In this document: positions 52,815 to 64,000 of the stretch, piece by piece
Numbering within the stretch: the first letter of the stretch is position 1
Layout: each line of letters starts with the position of its first letter
Assembly (NCBI RefSeq): GCF_022045235.1
Contig: NW_027266297.1
Coordinates: forward strand, 62,558,001-62,622,000
Length of the DNA stretch: 64,000 nucleotides
Direction: 5' to 3'
DNA from: Haliotis cracherodii
Taxonomy: Eukaryota
The notes under the pieces: generated by a model
The model's input: only the letters and a program-made list of their open reading frames with translations
Databases searched by the model: none
What the model was told of the DNA's origin: nothing
Made by a program: the position numbers and the translations under genes

Positions 52815-53180
52815 TCTCCGTGCGGGGACGACCGCTGGAAGGTTTGGGGTTTGATCCCCGGCCGCGTCATACCAAAAAACGTTAAAAATGATACTTGTTG
52901 TTACACTGTCTGGCGCTCAACATTAAGGGACTAAAACAAGGACTGGTCGGCTCGGAGTCAGTATGTCTGAGTGGGGTATTCATGTTAGCCTGCGGCATTG
53001 TATCTCAGTGTGCTAGCAGGATGAAATGGTCTGGTCTAGTACAAGCAGCCACACAAACACACACACACGCACGCGCGCGCACATGCACACGCACACACAC
53101 GCGCATACAAGCACACATACACGTCGCTATGTAAGTGCAATAATCTTGAACGCGCCGTTAAACTCGATTTCACCTCCCCC
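52815..53180 (+). mobile_element. SINE family 3 with Meta-like central domain and internal (CA/CG)n
   Basis: B-box-like ggtttgatcccc followed by gtcataccaaaaaacgttaaaaatgatacttgttg...tggcgctcaacattaag, resembling the Meta domain. Confidence 0.7.
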
Positions 53181-53530
53181 CGTGCGGAGACTTTTATTAC
53201 TGTATAAAAGAATGTCCATTTTAGCAGTGCAGTTTACAGTGCAATTAAGCAATTAAGAAAAACAAACAAACTAGTCCTTGTTAAGTCAATATCGTTAAAT
53301 GGAAGATCCCACCTCAGCTGCAATGAAAATGTACTCTCTGTTACATGTGGCAATTTACAAAACGCTAAAATATTTAAGTCATTTTATTATCATTTATTTC
53401 CATTTATTATGTTTTGTTAGGGAATTCCAAACATATATATATATGCTCTATTTCATCATACAGTGACTTAAAAATGATAGGATTTAAATCAATGTTATAT
53501 ATGTTTGGGCTTCTAATCCTAACATGATTT

Positions 53531-53770
53531 GACCCGTGAAGATCCGGGAAAGAATAGGTCTTAAGCAACCCATGCTTGCCATAAAAGGCGACCATGCTTG
53601 TCGTAAGAGGCGACTAATGGGATCGGGGGGTCAGGCTCGCTGACTTGCATGCATGCCATCGATTCCAATTGCGTGGATCGATGCGATTGTTTGGTCCAGA
53701 CTCGATTAATTACAGACCGCCGTCGTGTAGCAGGAATATTGCTGAGTGTGGCGTTAAACAACTGACAAAC
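53531..53770 (+). mobile_element. Short retroposon family 2, intact 5' end
   Basis: gacccgtgaagatccggg...cttgtcgtaagaggcgactaa...attgctgagtgtggcgttaaacaac. Confidence 0.85.
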
Positions 53771-53882
53771 TCATTTTTAACATCATCGTTGAAATGTGTG
53801 GTACGATGTCGCATGTTTCGTTGTAATTACCTTTCACATGTTTCAGTCGAGTATTTGGAGATGAATTCAGTATCGATGTGGA

Positions 53883-55523
53883 ATGAACATCTTAACGTGG
53901 ACAGTTGGGCTCCATTCCATCTTCCAGTTCGGTAAGGTATGAACAGAACCTACAAACATCATCACATTTGCCATCCTTATTTCGAAAGTGTAAATTTACC
54001 AACTAACCTAGATTACTATACTAACTTAAAATGAAGTATGTTGGATTTGGGTCGGGTAAATGCAGTACTTTACGTTGCACGCCGATGTGATCTAAAAATG
54101 GAGTTCTAAAACGTAAACGAATAAATAAGTTGGTATCTGTATTGCTGTATTTACCTGGAGCCTATATTTCACTTAGGAACACCCAACTCTCCTATTATTG
54201 CTGACATCTGCTGACATCCGTTTCTCCTTCACAGTACCAGTGACCAGTGAAGTTGGAGGTGAACACTGTGGCAGTAACGAGTGGGGACCTGCATGTGACA
54301 GGAACTGTTCATCTAACTGTCGCCCATTAAACAACATAGTCCACTGTAATGTCGCTACGGGAGAGTGTCTGGAAGGTTGTAACATAGGGTATCATGGTAC
54401 CACCTGTCTCACAGAGTGCAACTCCAACTGTATCAACAATACTTGCAACCACGTAGATGGCGAGTGTTCCATTGGGTGCAAGAATGGAACATCGTGTACA
54501 GTGATATCAAAACCAACAAACAAGTCTGATACAGATATCACGCAAACTCACTGCGGTAAGAGTTGCAAGGAGATTTCCAAGTAGCTAAACGTTCGAACCT
54601 TCCCAGCAACATAATACAGTTGCGTGTATTTATCAATGTCGACCGAGGTTGTCCTGTGGATTAATGATTCTGTTTGTTCTGAGTTTCAGGTTTCACTAGC
54701 TGCCTCCGTTTCAGTGTTCCCTTGGTCATAGTGATTTTCTGTGCACTGTCAGGATTGTTTGTATATGCCATATGGTAAGTAAACGCATTCAAACCTGGAT
54801 ATATGCAATTATTTTAAACTTTGCAAACGTTAGCGAAAACTGTTTGTCACTGGCATACATTTGTCAGTATATGTACAGGGTGCTAATGGTCCACTTAAAA
54901 CAATATGATCAAGTCTTGGTGCAATGTTATCGGGTCTGTGCTAGTTAATGGTCTAACAATTCTTTATAGTAAGCAGTGTTTTACTGTTTATAATTCGTCA
55001 CGAAAAACATTTAGCTGGAATGCCATATGTTATATGAATATCAATTAAATAATATTCACAGGCGCAGGCGCAGGCGCAGACGCAGGCACAAAATACGGAA
55101 AAATAAAAGGGCTGATAGGGGTCCTGTAGAGGAATCGGTATGTAGCATCACAACTGAGTGTTTTATCCTGTACATGGATCTTTCGCTTAATAGATTTTGC
55201 CAGATATTGACGGCGGTACGACCCTTAATAGCCATGTGGCTTATCTGTTTTTATTTGATTTACTGATATTAATTCACTTGAGGAAAGATATACAGAAAGC
55301 TTAGTTACAAATAATAAATTGTGTTGCACAATTCTACATTCAATCTCGCGACTTGAGCCAGAGTTCGTAAAACTAAATATTTTAACAGACGTCAGTCACA
55401 AAGGAAACTTTTTTAAGTTCCAGAAATCTAAATGTTTCTCGACATTTACTCAAGACGCTGAACTTCTATTTTTATTTCTTACAGGTTGAGATGAACACAC
55501 TGGATACTGGAAACAGCTATTGA
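53883..55523 (+). CDS. Small EGF-like type I membrane protein, gene C (189 aa)
   Basis: Phase-compatible GT-AG exons: 53883-53931 (signal-like MNILTWTVGLHSIFQF), 54235-54555 (EGF-like), 54690-54774 (TM), 55062-55137 (R8 basic tail), 55485-55523 (VEMNTLDTGNSY*). Total 570 nt, no stops. Confidence 0.8.
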
Positions 55524-56454
55524 TGATTTCTGTACAAAATATTGATGTGAGTGTCATTATTTATAATTGAAATCATGGTTCATTAAAAAAATCACACACA
55601 TTATAAACATCTAATTTCATATACGTTGTCATCATACCTAAACCTCTCCGAATACACAAATATGCAAGTTTCGTGGTTTGTTTTGGATGTAGATACACCA
55701 TTGTCATTGTCTAGTTTTACTAGTTTTACTATTCCCCCCCCCCCCCGTGGAAAGATCACCCGTTTAATTTACAGCTATACTAAACATGCGGACGGGACTG
55801 TTATACTAAACATGCGGACGGGACTGTTTTGGGCATCAGCTGGTTATTCGAAAGGGGGTGTTAGAAGCACTATGCAACTGTACGCTCCAACGTCTACCCT
55901 ACTCACTATAGACACTTCACTAATTCTCAAAACAACCAGCGATACATAGACATATTACGCATGTCGGCATGCATATCAAACTGTAATTGTTGACATATTT
56001 TAACTTTTAGGTGTCGCCTGTGATGTATTGCATACCTCGCGAACAAATACGAAATATAGGATGCATGGTGGAATTATAAAGGTTCAGAGATTCACTAATA
56101 GTATTATGCCCCATGAGCATATCGACATTCATCGCCGCGTCTACTTACGACCTTGAACTTCGTCTTGTAAATTGGGAGAAGCGCCCCTCGGACAAAGTTG
56201 ACAGTCGTTAGAAATTCCACACTTGACTCAACTGATGCAATCTCGTCGTGAATCCTCTGTGCTCTGTAATTTAACGGATGGTAGATGATGAAGTGTATTG
56301 ATAACACGCTGAATTCCAAACACCAAATGTATACTGAAAGCGATACAGATGAGGTAACGTAACGGAAATGATAGCAGATGAATCATCTGCTAAGTCAAAT
56401 GTTACAACATAGTCAACGAGAAATGAAACTCTACTCACCTTAGTTGGAACGAGT

Positions 56455-56608
56455 NNNNNNNNNNNNNNNNNNNNNNNNNNNNNNNNNNNNNNNNNNNNNN
56501 NNNNNNNNNNNNNNNNNNNNNNNNNNNNNNNNNNNNNNNNNNNNNNNNNNNNNNNNNNNNNNNNNNNNNNNNNNNNNNNNNNNNNNNNNNNNNNNNNNNN
56601 NNNNNNNN
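56455..56608. other. Assembly gap (154 N)
   Basis: Run of N. Confidence 1.
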
Positions 56609-56769
56609 TTAATGCCGAGCGCCAAGGATGACACGACCAGAGATCGAACCACCGCACTCCGGGCAGACACTCTATTCACCAGGCCAAGTAAACGTCTGTC
56701 CAGATGGGTGAAATCCCGTGACATTGACGGCCATGTTAGTATGTTTATGTTCGGAGCACTCAGGTGTGG

Positions 56770-57030
56770 TGAGATGAAATGGGGTTTACATCACCTTTAA
56801 GATTATAGCACTTATTTTGCGACGTGAGTGCGTGCGAGCGTGCTTGCGTGCGTGCGTGCATACATGCGTGCGTACGTACGTGAATGTGTGTGTATTCTGC
56901 TTGAAATTGATCCGGAGAAATGTCGTTTACAATATATGTATATAGCGACGTGCATGGACTGTGTAAGTGGCTGTTTGTACTAGTCTGGACTAATGCTGGT
57001 TTCATAGTGCAAGACCACTTAGATACCATT
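56770..57030 (-). mobile_element. SINE family 3, 3' fragment(s)
   Basis: (gcgt)n tract and tatagcgacgtg..gtggctgtttgtactagtc match the reverse complement of 53020-53170. Confidence 0.55.
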
Positions 57031-57705
57031 TGAAGAAGTAAACGTGATTAGCACTAAACCAATTATGTTACGCCAACGTTCTTGAAGCTAAAAATAAAAA
57101 AAGTAACTGATAATGTGACCGAGACCACAGCAGCCGCTTGAGGTAAAATACAGTTAACGTCGTTCTCCCATGCTCGGATTCCGGCAGCTCGTAAACCATG
57201 AATATGTTTTGGACTGTAGGTTGCAGTGAGCGACCTGCCAAGGTGGTCAGGGTTCCGTTCCACAAAACTACCGTAGTCCTTAAGTGATCGTAACTCCATA
57301 CGCTTTTAAATAGTCTTCAATAAGAGTAAAAATTCAACTGAATTTCATAGTGATTCATAAACACATGCTTATATATAGTTAGCCTTTAGCTGAGATTTCT
57401 CATGATTTTTTAAGCGATTTTTCTAACACGTGACATATCCCATGAGCTGCATGTGAAAACTGCGTTTATGGTTCCCATAAAATAAATAATGAATATGTCA
57501 AAGTTCCTCTCTATTAACTCTTTCAACAGTTGTGACACTTTATAAGTTAAAAAAGATCATACAGGCCATATATTCATGTTGCAGTGCGACCTGGAAAACT
57601 ATCCATCCATGAAGTTAAATTTTGATTTCTGTTTTAAAATGTATATATATTCTTTGCTATTATTTGTATCTGATGATAGTGTTTATTTTCAGCATTTCTG
57701 CAAGT

Positions 57706-60034
57706 ATGGATGGATGTCGATTATTTCGTTTCGTCGTTTTATGTAAGTATTGGTAACAATATGTGCATAGTAATTAATAGTCCTGCACCATGACCGTGGA
57801 ATATATTTATTTTATGAAAATATATTAATCTAGAAATGCATACAAAAGCAAGTCTAGCCAGCTCAAGCTAGCTCTATTCCACAGCATAGGGATTTTTTAA
57901 ATATTTTTAGAGTCAAGAAGGATATTGTGTAATATAAGATTTCAGAGACTAAATGTTAGTCTAAGTAATTAATTGTGGGTTCATATGTGACACGACGAAA
58001 GAGCACCGTCTACCCATCTACAGGGTATAGTTTAAACATATTTATGTCACAAAATGTGTGAAGTTTGATTGGTAAACAAGTAAAGACTTATATTAATGAC
58101 GCTCTGGAACTGCAGATACACGGTCAAGTATTCGTTACTATCCATGAATATGTAGTCCTGTCCGGCACTGTACCTGTACCTCAGAAACGGAGATGTTGAA
58201 AACATGTCTAGGAAACTTAAAATCAGGGTTGTGTATAGAGAAAATCATTATAATGTGATGAAGTCACACGTTGATCTGCAGTAAACAAACTTGATAAGAA
58301 CCTAGGCAGAGACTGACAGTAAACTATAAAGAAAATTGTCTCAAAACTATTTATGACATTGTCATTTTTAGTTTTTGAAACGTGATATGTTTACAAAGTC
58401 AAAAATCAATATACATGTTAGCTACAAATTGGCCTTTGTTCCTTTTACGCATCTAAACACAGACTAATCGGAAATTGAAAATGATTGTTCATTTAGAGTA
58501 TGTTAATAGTTCTTTGAATCATGCAATACAACAAATATTTTGACTTTATTTATGAAGATATGCCTTGTTCATTGTACATATGTAATAAAAATGTATCACC
58601 TATGCACGATTACAAAAAATGCTTTCAAAGAAGCTTGAGATCCTCAAAACAATTAACAAAATTCTTAAATATAAATACTCAGCTAAAATCCATACCACAT
58701 TCCACAATGCGAATTAGTTTAAAATTGGTGTAATGTTATGTTTTGTTACATGCACATATGTTATTGCTTAGCTTTTTTAAAAGAAGTATATACCCGTGAA
58801 ATCATGCATCAGAGCTTAACTGTTTATGAACGTTCGTTCTGTTGGTGATGTGTACTGATATAATCTACATGTAGCGTTGACGTGTATGTTTAAGTTGTTA
58901 AATTGTTTCACAATAACGTTTTTGCTTTCAGGGTCAGTGGTTGTTGGTATACAGAATCGACAATGCCAAGGTGGTTTCTATGGTAGCAGTTGCCAGCATA
59001 AGTGCCCAATGACTTGCAAAAACAAGCGATGCAAGCTTGACGAAGTTGGTCGTACTTCTTGTATTGACGGATGTGTGGATGGATATAGAGGCACCTCATG
59101 CAAAATCCCCTGTCCGCGGAATTGTCAGCTGTGTGAACGTGTCAACGGCAGTTGTACTAGCTGTAAGGATACCTTTTATGGTACAAACTGTTCTCTCACA
59201 TGTGAAGAGTTGTGCAAGGGATTCCGGTGTGACACAGACAAGACATGCTCTAAAACGACGTGTCTTGACGGGCGGTATGGACAGATCTGCAGTAACAAGT
59301 GCTACCCCCGGTACCTGACATGTACCCGATCTATTGGAGACTGCACTGCCTGTAGAGATGGTTACTTTGGGCAGTTCTGTGAGCTGGATTGTCCTCAATG
59401 CGGCTTTACAGACGGTAGTGTTGATCAGACATGTAAAGATGGATGCAACACGATTTCATGTTCAGATATCACAGACGGCGACTGTGGAAAGAGTAAGTAA
59501 TATTGCACATTGTAAATATTGTACAGGCGCATCAAGCGGTGTATGTACCTCTCTTGCATTTGAAGTGAAAATGCAAAATGCCAACGTAGAGTATTTTAAT
59601 GTAATGGCTAAGGTTATGCTGTGTAATATCCTCTTTCGATAAGCAACACATTGACATATGTTATTAACCTGTGTTCATATCAAATGAATCAAAAGTATAA
59701 CTCACGTGGTCTTCAAATTCATATCGTTGCCAACTAGGTTGTTCTCCCACAGAACAATAGGATTTCCTTATAGTTGATGATATTGGTATTTGATAATGTT
59801 TTATTTGACTCCTCAGAAAGTATTGAACAATATTTACCATTGTTAATAATTCATGGAATTAATACAGTGTCATTAATCATCCTGCTGTTATCGCACTTCA
59901 AGAATCCTTTGATTTTCAAAAGATGTTCTCTCTCATTAATATATTGTGCAAGTAATCATACCTTGCTTCCAAGGCTTCATGCGCATGAGAGAGACGGAAA
60001 AACTTCGCTTCCTTCCAACAACAGTCTGTCTTGA
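57706..60034 (+). CDS. EGF-repeat membrane protein, gene D (~271 aa)
   Basis: Exons 57706-57742 (MDGCRLFRFVVL), 58932-59492 (C..GFYG..C repeats) and probable 59817-60034 (hydrophobic LPLLIIHGINTVSLIILLL plus tail). All junctions are phase 1. The last exon is less certain. Confidence 0.75.
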
Positions 60035-62069
60035 CGCAGAATATTGGGAAGGCGTGTGGGATTACTCCTGATGTAATAGATGCAGTATACTTTGTATGAT
60101 TAACAATGATAACTATTGTTTGATAGTTCCCCCGAAATACAATACAAAACCACTAATGCCAGAATATACCCGAATGATCGGTGGGTTCTGTCATCTAGTA
60201 ATAGCTAACAGACTGGATTTAAAATCAAAGTTACATAAACTTCATGATTTCCATCCAAAGTGGCACTCTAACCATACACTCATTATTTTGTGTGTAACTA
60301 CTTACTCCAAACCATCATATGTTTTGACAAATAATAGGTGCATCTAATCTCAAAAGGATCTCAAATGGTCCGATTACAAAATTTGAGCTAAGGATGTATA
60401 CAAAATATGTGGTAAACTTCCATAGGGCTAAAGTTCGGGCTACAGTCATCACACCATTGGATTCTTTAATACAAACTTGAATAAAGGATGCACTTTAAAA
60501 CAAGTAAACGTGACTCTGGGTGTGCTTGCGTGCACACACAGAGAGAAGAATCGCACGAATGGGCACACACAGATTGAGATATATTATTAAGATTGTTTTA
60601 ATTACAAGAAGTTGGTAATCCTATTACAGTTGGATTTACAAGTGTACATTCACCACCAATTTCTTCAAGCAAAGCGTTATGAAGAAAATCATACAATTTA
60701 TTTATTAAATATGCTGAAACAAGGTTATATTTAATATGTATGCTTCATCACAGTGATTCACTAATACCAAAATTAATGCTCATGGCAGACAAATTTAGAA
60801 AAAAACATCTTAACTTGTTCAATACTAGCTTTTCGTTTTTCAAGTTTCGTTTTTATTCAGATGCATTTCTGAAACTGCTATCAATGCGATTTTGTAAAAC
60901 TAAGTATTATTAAAGACTTTTCCGCTTTCTACCTCATGTTATCCGTACTATTATACTATCATATCAAAGTCATATTTGCAAGCTATACCATTAGAGATAC
61001 TGGTAATAACAATAACTATATGGAAACGTTATTGCTGTTTTGTGAAAGTTTGAGGACAGTTGCTTCTGCAAGATCCTGCATCGGCTTCTGAGAACGCGAT
61101 ATTTTCCTGACATCAATATATAGAAACCAATGATTTAGTAACTGTTATCCCAAATATAACATTTGTCATGCTCAGAAACAGTCATTTGTTCATTCCAGGA
61201 CGTTTGCAGAGTCAATGTTCGGCTTCTTTTTTTCGCAAAGGCAAATTACAAGCCGGCAACACGTTAATTAGTAACACGATAATTAAATAATAGTTCATTG
61301 TTTGGCTCTACTTTAATGAAAGTAAATATTGATTTCTTAATGCCCAGTAGCATTGGTTCTAAATATTAACAAGGTGCCTAAATTCGTAAATTTCTCCACC
61401 TCAAGCAATGACGACTAAACATATATAAAAACCTGCAGAACCCCCCCTTCAATATCACCTTTAATGTACTTTGGATCTACTGTTGATATTGACGTGAGCG
61501 TGGCTACAATGTCGTCGTGTATATCCTACTATTGTTTGGAAATGAATTTAAAGACACAATCTTTCAATGCTATTTACAATCTTGTACAGAGACTACGTTA
61601 GTTTGAGTGTAACGTCTGTTGTCTGTCATAATGTCAACTATTACTTCATTTTGAAGTGCCCGGAATCGTGTCATTCAGAAACAAAAATATTTTTGAAAGA
61701 TATATAACTTAACAAGAAAATGTTCCCTATTTAAACCTGAGAGTTACGTATTTGTTTTAGTGTTCTATGTGTTCTATGTCTCACCAAAAAGACAAAAAGA
61801 CGAACAGTACAATGGAATGAAACTCATCGCAAACGTTCACTCTCTGTGATAACATTCTACGGTTCGTGATGATAACCATGTCTCTATCTCCACAAAAATT
61901 TGAATATTTGAATATAAGAGATGTGGCCGGTATATTTCTTACTAATTTATATATTACTTTTTGACTGGAAACATTGCTTTATCTGCTTGTTTTTGTATGT
62001 ATGTTTTGACATTAGACACTGATTAGACGTGGTACGTATGATACAATTTCAAGTTTCTCGGAAATTTCG

Positions 62070-62400
62070 TTTAGCATCAGTTCAAGATTATTGCACTAAC
62101 ATAGTCACATGCATGTATGCACGCACGCGTGGTTGCGTGTCTGCATGTGTCTGGTTGTACTAATATGGCTGAATGCTGGTTTCGTAGCGCTAGCCCCCGG
62201 AGATACCATGCCCCACTTTAACATAGATTCCCCATTGCGACACAGTATACTGATTCCAGTCCTAGTTTTATCCGAGTCAGACAAGGCACCAGTCAGGGTA
62301 ACACGAAGAACCATCTTTTAACGTCTTTTGTAATGGCATGGCCGGGAATCAAACCGCTAAACTTCCACCTTCCTAGATGATCTATCCACTAGCCCACTGA
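62070..62400 (-). mobile_element. SINE family 3 copy
   Basis: Reverse-complement similarity to 52815-53180, including ccgggaatcaaacc (B-box side). Confidence 0.65.
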
Positions 62401-64000
62401 TATGGTTGTAATTACTATGTATGCCTTTTTACTATATGTTGAATATGCTTTCTTATTGTCATCAAATATACAGCAAACCTCGCCTACTTCTTTGACAGAT
62501 ATATATTTATTAGTAAGAATTATGTTAATAGCTGATCAGCACTTTACATTTTACTAACCACTCAAGGATTTGCTGCCACTGACAATTACCACAAACAAAT
62601 TTACACAAGTCCCTTCTACCACACAACACTTTTTCAATCAAGAAGAAAATGTTTAAATACAGTGAATGCTGTCTGTAATGCTGTCAATGCTACTGTCGAA
62701 CCCATTCGACAGAGTGTGTCACAAGCCGTGTTTCTACTGTCGAACACATTCGACAGGCAAATAACATAACGACACCTCACAAAAAAACTCGCACTAACTA
62801 GTTTCCAAGTAGGTTTTACGTGTCATTTATATAACGTATGGTATGCATAAATGCTCAGCTTGCAAAATATGAAAACTTTCAGTAGTTTATTTACCTCAAA
62901 AAGAAAACATCGCGAGTCAAGAAAGTATTGGCCATATTTCTCGGCACATACCTACCAGAAACGGCCATTGTTGACTTTGGCATTTCACGATAAGCGGCAT
63001 GAAGTCAGAAATATTCTTTATAATTTTATCATTTTTCTCATTGATCATAATTTTGTGTTACCTACTGAAACGAAAAGTTGGTTAATTTCTAAAACTTAGC
63101 AACTTTCAGGATAATTAGTTACAAGCAAAACCAATCTGAATCGTACCATCATCGATTGGATGAAAGTTGTACGATCATACCAACGGCGGTAATCAAACAA
63201 CTCCACATGCATCGTCACCCTGTAATACTATTACAATCCTGTTATATATCCAAATTGATTTTCTAGAATTATGTACATGAATTTACAAATCCTTGTAAAA
63301 ATATCTCATTTTTATCGAGTTTGTAAATGTTTTCGTACTTTTGGACATTCACATGCTGTTGATAAGCGTAGTGACACGTTTGGGCGTGGTGTAACTCGCG
63401 ATTTGTTCAGTTGAACAAATGTCAACAAACACTATGAATAATGACAAATATTGGATGATACCCAGCACCTCAACTGGAATACATTCTTGGTAAACCATTC
63501 AATAGTAAAATAATGCAAAATACGAAAAATAATCAAAATACTTCCAATTTTATCGGTCATTTCTGAAACCGGAAGCACGTACCCGCATGTCACACATCGA
63601 GGCAAAATATGCAACAGTTAGCTATTATCAAGAAAAATCCGAAATAAATCAAAATTCAAAAGATATTACAAAATTTACTATTATTGTCACCTGTTTACTA
63701 TGTATTGACCTTGGTAGCAGTTTTCACTCTTATGTTTCATATTTTGTCGTGATCGCCGCGGCTGCTTAACATCAAATTTGTTAGTCTGTCTCCGAAACCG
63801 TACTGGATTCCACGTTCGATGATTTAAGAAATATTTGCTGAAAACGACGGCAGCGAAGAGTGATATAACATATCGATATGTTATAATGATAACAAAAACA
63901 AATTAAAGCTGCAAGCAGCAATGGCGGGCTCCAAGTAACACTGCGCACAAACGTCTATCTTCGAATCCTCAAAGGTTTTTTCTTGTACCAAATCCGTCAA

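Noticed and set aside
56104-57299. Short minus-strand ORFs around the gap
   Set aside because: No recognisable motif; broken by Ns and SINE fragments.
60100-64000. Assorted 60-85 aa ORFs
   Set aside because: AT-rich non-coding sequence with no domain or splice support.

Overview
AT-rich, intron-containing animal DNA. The SINE and Cys-rich receptor content suggests a mollusc, probably a gastropod (inference). The window has two layers. (1) A tandem cluster of four EGF/laminin-EGF-repeat type I membrane protein genes of the MEGF10/SCARF/CED-1 type. On the - strand are a pseudogene (~23.9-25.8 kb) and a paralog with one in-frame TGA (35.1-38.5 kb). On the + strand are two apparently intact genes (53.9-55.5 kb and 57.7-60.0 kb). 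(2) Many transposable elements: a rearranged DIRS/Ngaro-type tyrosine-recombinase retroelement, decayed LINEs, nested Tc1 elements, a mariner, MITEs and three short retroposon families. The standout is a complete 7.4-kb Sola1-type DNA transposon (40444-47854) with terminal inverted repeats (TIRs), an ATAT target-site duplication (TSD) and a paralogous empty site at 48788. Its uninterrupted ~1620-aa ORF fuses a 31x19-aa repeat array and an OTU-like cysteine protease to the DDD transposase. A second candidate for novelty is a predicted pseudoknotted 5' head on a short retroposon family that lacks a tRNA head. All calls come from reading the sequence by eye; no searches were run.
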